From NCBI GenBank assembly GCA_050014495.1, contig JBEKDF010000025.1, forward strand, positions 1 to 41,000: 41,000 bases of DNA, read 5' to 3'. The stretch comes from Candidatus Bathyarchaeia archaeon. Its GTDB lineage: Archaea > Thermoproteota > Bathyarchaeia > TCS64. The notes under the pieces were generated by a model that saw only the letters and a program-made list of their open reading frames with translations, was not told the origin of the DNA and did no database searches. A program made the position numbers and the translations under genes. Positions 37,774 through 41,000 of the stretch are shown here, piece after piece. Numbering within the stretch: the stretch's first letter is position 1; each line of letters begins with the position of its first letter.

Positions 37774-38442
37774 ATGGTCCAAAAGGCGGTATTTTCATGG
37801 AGTGGTGGGAAAGATAGCGCCCTGGCACTGTACGAGATCAAGAAAACTGAGGCATATGAAGTCCTAAGATTGATGACCACGGTGACGGAGGAATATGATA
37901 GAGTTAGCATACACGGCGTGCGGCGAATGTTGCTAGAAGAGCAAGCCGCGTCGTTGGGTTTCCCCCTCGACATGGTCTTCATTTCAAGAAGTATTTCCGA
38001 TGCAGAATATGTGGTTAAGATGGAAGGGGTCCTCTCAGAGTATTTGACAGTCGGGGTTTCGTCAATAGTCTTCGGGGACATATTCCTGGAGGAGGTTAGG
38101 AGATATAGAGAGGACAACCTGTCGAAGGTGGGGATGAAGGGAATCTTCCCCAACTGGAAAAAAGATACTAGTGAGCTTGCCAAAACGTTCATAGACTTGG
38201 GTTTTAAAGCGATCATAACCTGCGTCGACTCAAAAGCCTTGGATAAGAAATTCGTTGGAAGGGTGTTCGATGAACAATTTCTGTCGGACCTTCCATCCAG
38301 CGTCGATCCCTGCGGTGAAAATGGAGAATTCCACTCTTTTGCGTACGATGGTCCGATTTTTCAAAGAAGAATACGATTCGAGACTGGTGAGGTTGTCTTC
38401 AGAGAAGGCCGCTTCTACTACTGCGATCTGTTACCTGAGTGA
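37774..38442 (+). CDS. PP-loop ATP-binding protein, diphthine-ammonia ligase (Dph6/MJ0570)-like
   Basis: 'SWSGGKDS', 'HGV', 'FGDIFL', 'DPCGENGEFHSF.YDGP'. Confidence 0.9.
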   Translation: MVQKAVFSWSGGKDSALALYEIKKTEAYEVLRLMTTVTEEYDRVSIHGVRRMLLEEQAASLGFPLDMVFISRSISDAEYVVKMEGVLSEYLTVGVSSIVFGDIFLEEVRRYREDNLSKVGMKGIFPNWKKDTSELAKTFIDLGFKAIITCVDSKALDKKFVGRVFDEQFLSDLPSSVDPCGENGEFHSFAYDGPIFQRRIRFETGEVVFREGRFYYCDLLPE

Positions 38443-38516
38443 CATTAATGGTCCAGTTTCTCTGCTCACGTCCATCTCGGCCTTCAATCATGCGCGTGTA
38501 GGTGGTAATATGTTTA

Positions 38517-38532
38517 ACATGCGTGCGCGCAT
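38517..38532. repeat. Intergenic alternating purine-pyrimidine GCGC tract
   Basis: ACATGCGTGCGCGCAT; neighbours at 38489-38500, 38618-38627. Confidence 0.8.
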
Positions 38533-38750
38533 TGTCTCAGGAGAAGCGGCCAAGAGAATCTTTTACAAACGGTTAAAATTCTGATGCTTGCCATGCGGGG
38601 AAAGTCGTTAATATCCTCGCGCATGCGAACGCCCTGGCACAACTTAACCATCTAATGTAACAGTAACTCATTGTTTGATACACACACCTTAGTCAGACTG
38701 ATCCACCATAAGCTTCATTTCAGTTACCATACAATCATTCAGTGAATTTC

Positions 38751-39746
38751 ATGTCGAGGCTCATCGATCCCCTGAAAGTTGGGCGACTCAATCTCAGAAA
38801 CAGGATAGTGATGCCTCCGATGGCAACGGAGTATGCAACCCAAGATGGGGAGGCCACTGAGAAGCACGTTCAGCACTACGGTCGGAGATGTAAGGGCCTC
38901 GGCTTACTCATCGTGGAACACACATTCGTCACGCCCGAGGGAAGACTATCAAGACACCAACTCGGAATCCAGTTCGACGCACTTATACCTAAACTGAGGC
39001 GAGTCGTGGAAGTAGTGCATGAGCAGAATACGCCAATAGCGCTGCAGATAACACACGCTGGTGGCGCCACGACGAGGGAGGTCGCCGGTGTGCAACCCCA
39101 AGCCCCCTCAGCGGTCGTGGGTCCGCGAGGTGGAGAGGTGCCCAGAGAGTTGAGGAAAGAAGAGATCGAGGCCATATCCGGGGCGTTCGCGGAGGCTGCT
39201 CGGAGAGCGGAGGAGGCGGGGTTTGACGCGGTGGAGATACATGGAGCCCACGGTTTCCTCCTGAACCAGTTCCTTTCGCCTCTCACGAACAGGCGGATCG
39301 ATGAATACGGTGGAACCATTCAGAACAGGTTGCGGTTTTCCCTGGACATTATATCCAGGATCAGAGACGCGTTGGGGAGTGATTACCCTCTTCTTTACAG
39401 GCTTGGTGCTGAGGACGGGGTGCAGGGTGGTTTGCTTCTTGAGGAAGGCGTGAGGGCCGCTGAGATTCTGTCCCGTGCTGGGGTAAGCATCATTGACGTT
39501 TCAGGTGGTTTAGGAGGATCGAGGCCGTCGGATCTTGTGGGTCCGGGCCTATTTGTGCCTCAGGCTGCGGTAGTCAGGAAGGCAGTCGATGTACCCGTAA
39601 TTGGGGTGGGAGGCATAACGACGCCGGAAGAGGCGGACTCCATTGTTTTGTCTGGAAAGGTGGACCTGGTGGCCGTTGGAAGAGCCATGCTGAAGGACCC
39701 GGATTGGGCGACTAAGGCGGTTAATAGGCTGAAGAAAAGTAAATAA
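38751..39746 (+). CDS. NADH:flavin oxidoreductase (Old Yellow Enzyme family)
   Basis: 'LRNRIVMPPM', 'QITHAG', 'GFDAVEIHGAHGFLLNQFLSP..N.R.DEYGG..NR', 'GRAML.DP'. Confidence 0.95.
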   Translation: MSRLIDPLKVGRLNLRNRIVMPPMATEYATQDGEATEKHVQHYGRRCKGLGLLIVEHTFVTPEGRLSRHQLGIQFDALIPKLRRVVEVVHEQNTPIALQITHAGGATTREVAGVQPQAPSAVVGPRGGEVPRELRKEEIEAISGAFAEAARRAEEAGFDAVEIHGAHGFLLNQFLSPLTNRRIDEYGGTIQNRLRFSLDIISRIRDALGSDYPLLYRLGAEDGVQGGLLLEEGVRAAEILSRAGVSIIDVSGGLGGSRPSDLVGPGLFVPQAAVVRKAVDVPVIGVGGITTPEEADSIVLSGKVDLVAVGRAMLKDPDWATKAVNRLKKSK

Positions 39747-39890
39747 AATGTATAAAATGTGTCGCGTATACGAGCTCTATCTATCTTGATTCACGCAAGC
39801 GAATAAGTCAACTTGAATATACGACGCGTGCGCATACGATACTAATTGAACGTCTCGAGTTTCTGACTGCTTATTTACTTATACACTTCC

Positions 39891-40109
39891 GTGACAAGTA
39901 CTATAACGGTGAGGGCCTTGGATGAGTGGCTGGTCTGGGTTTGTGTAATAATTGGAATAGTACTGGGCATCGTCCTCTCCAAAGCAGGACGCAGAAACCA
40001 TGACCATCATAGAGTCTCAAAACGACAAGCTGATAATCATGAGGAGAAAGATGAAGATGATCTCGATGACTGGGATCAGCAGGATCAACTCGAAGGGGAC
40101 CAAATATAA
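39891..40109 (+). CDS. Small single-pass membrane protein with acidic tail
   Basis: TM 'WLVWVCVIIGIVLGIVL' followed by basic then D/E-rich tail; start uncertain. Confidence 0.5.
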   Translation: MTSTITVRALDEWLVWVCVIIGIVLGIVLSKAGRRNHDHHRVSKRQADNHEEKDEDDLDDWDQQDQLEGDQI

Positions 40110-40194
40110 ACTTGAAAATCCAACAATTTCCAACTATTTTCAGCATTTTCCTTTCTCAATTTAGAGTTTAGTAGTCTGATTATCTTAGCAGGAG

Positions 40195-40209
40195 ATGCAC
40201 GCGCGCGCA
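40195..40209. repeat. Alternating purine-pyrimidine GCGC tract at a gene truncation point
   Basis: ATGCACGCGCGCGCA. Confidence 0.8.
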
Positions 40210-40288
40210 ACGCCGACTTATACTCATCCCTCATCCGCTGCAGTAGGTCTTGGAAGCTCATACGAGTTGGAAGAGTTGTTCTACCCAT
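40210..40288 (-). pseudogene. N-terminal fragment of an archaeal 'MGRT..'-type small protein, cut at a GCGC tract
   Basis: GGTG RBS + MGRTTLPTRMSFQDLLQRMRDEYKSA(L), then tract 40195-40209 and AT-rich unrelated sequence. Confidence 0.45.
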
Positions 40289-40527
40289 ACACCATCAACC
40301 CGAGTAACCGTTCTTGGGTTTAGCTACGTTAAAACTGAGACGCATCTAGTGAGAGGTGAGGACGGTGAGTGAAACTATTCTCTCCGGTATATTTCGCTAT
40401 ATTGAGTATCATGTGGAAGTGAGGATAAAGCTATAGCTCTCACACAGACGAAGAAGTTATTTATTTAGGACATACATTGTAAGAGTCTCAGGTAAGGAGA
40501 ACACGCGAAGGCCGAGGGCTGAAATCC

Positions 40528-40767
40528 TTGAAAGCTGAAACCATCGGAGTCAGAATAGGGGGAAGCGATGAGAAAGGAGATAGGCGATACATCTTTACCT
40601 TAGAACTCGAGCTTGAGCCCACCGAATGCGACAGCCTCTTTCTAAACGCTGAGGAAGGCTCGGGAGAGTATATCGAGTTTGGGAATAAGCTCACTAAAGA
40701 GGTCTTCCGGGCGTGGAGACAGTTCGAGCTACTTAATTCGATCTTCGACAAAGACGATGAGGCCTGA
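40528..40767 (+). CDS. Hypothetical protein
   Basis: 79-aa ORF with protein-like composition, followed by tract 40782-40795. Confidence 0.55.
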   Translation: MKAETIGVRIGGSDEKGDRRYIFTLELELEPTECDSLFLNAEEGSGEYIEFGNKLTKEVFRAWRQFELLNSIFDKDDEA

Positions 40768-40838
40768 TGCCTCTGTACATTTGCGCGCGCGCATAGTCTT
40801 ATCCCAAACCCAATTATATTAACATTCATATATTAATA

Positions 40839-41000
40839 TTAATTATCTATGATTACTGTTTCTCGCGTGCTTCTAAGGGCAACCAATCTAATGAGGTACA
40901 TTACTGTACCCACGAATAAGGCAATGAAAGCGCCTTGAACTAGGTTGTAAATAACGCCCTCATTGTCATACAAGTTCGAAAAGAGACCAAAGCCAATAAA
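40839..41000 (-). CDS. C-terminal part of a membrane protein (partial, gene starts beyond window)
   Basis: Open frame FIGFGLFSNLYDNEGVIYNLVQGAFIALFVGTVMYLIRLVALRSTRETVIIDN*. Confidence 0.55.
   Translation of the reverse strand, partial: FIGFGLFSNLYDNEGVIYNLVQGAFIALFVGTVMYLIRLVALRSTRETVIIDN

Noticed and set aside
1..41000. CRISPR array, rRNA, tRNA, integrase or transposase
   Set aside because: No regularly spaced repeats, cloverleaf or recognisable recombinase/transposase ORF seen; the GCGC tracts are too short, variable and irregular to be CRISPR repeats.

Overview
Archaeal chromosomal window. Gene content and GGTG/GAGG ribosome-binding sites suggest an anaerobic heterotroph such as Ca. Bathyarchaeia, but this taxonomy is inference. 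Two intact operons stand out: hdrC-hdrB-hdrA-hdrA/mvhD-nfnA-like-nfnB-like, flanked by three stand-alone Lrp/AsnC ligand-binding-domain genes, and kdpABC with no kdpDE in the window. Around them is a patchwork of single accessory genes (hydrolases, oxidoreductases, Fe-S proteins, DUF proteins). No rRNA, tRNA, CRISPR array or transposase was seen. The most striking signal is non-coding: roughly 50 (counted by eye) short alternating purine-pyrimidine tracts with a GCGC core, such as TGCGCGCGCA and GTGCGCGTGCGC, sit in most of the otherwise AT-rich intergenic regions. Several mark the exact ends of gene fragments: a 209-bp diverged copy of an aldo/keto reductase 5' region, a DUF1294 3'-end relic, an internal membrane-protein fragment, a nucleoside-phosphorylase relic, a truncated MGRT-type gene, an IS-end-like hairpin and an apparent chimeric gene. 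This suggests the tracts are junction sites or scars of a gene acquisition, shuffling or end-joining process that may be undescribed.
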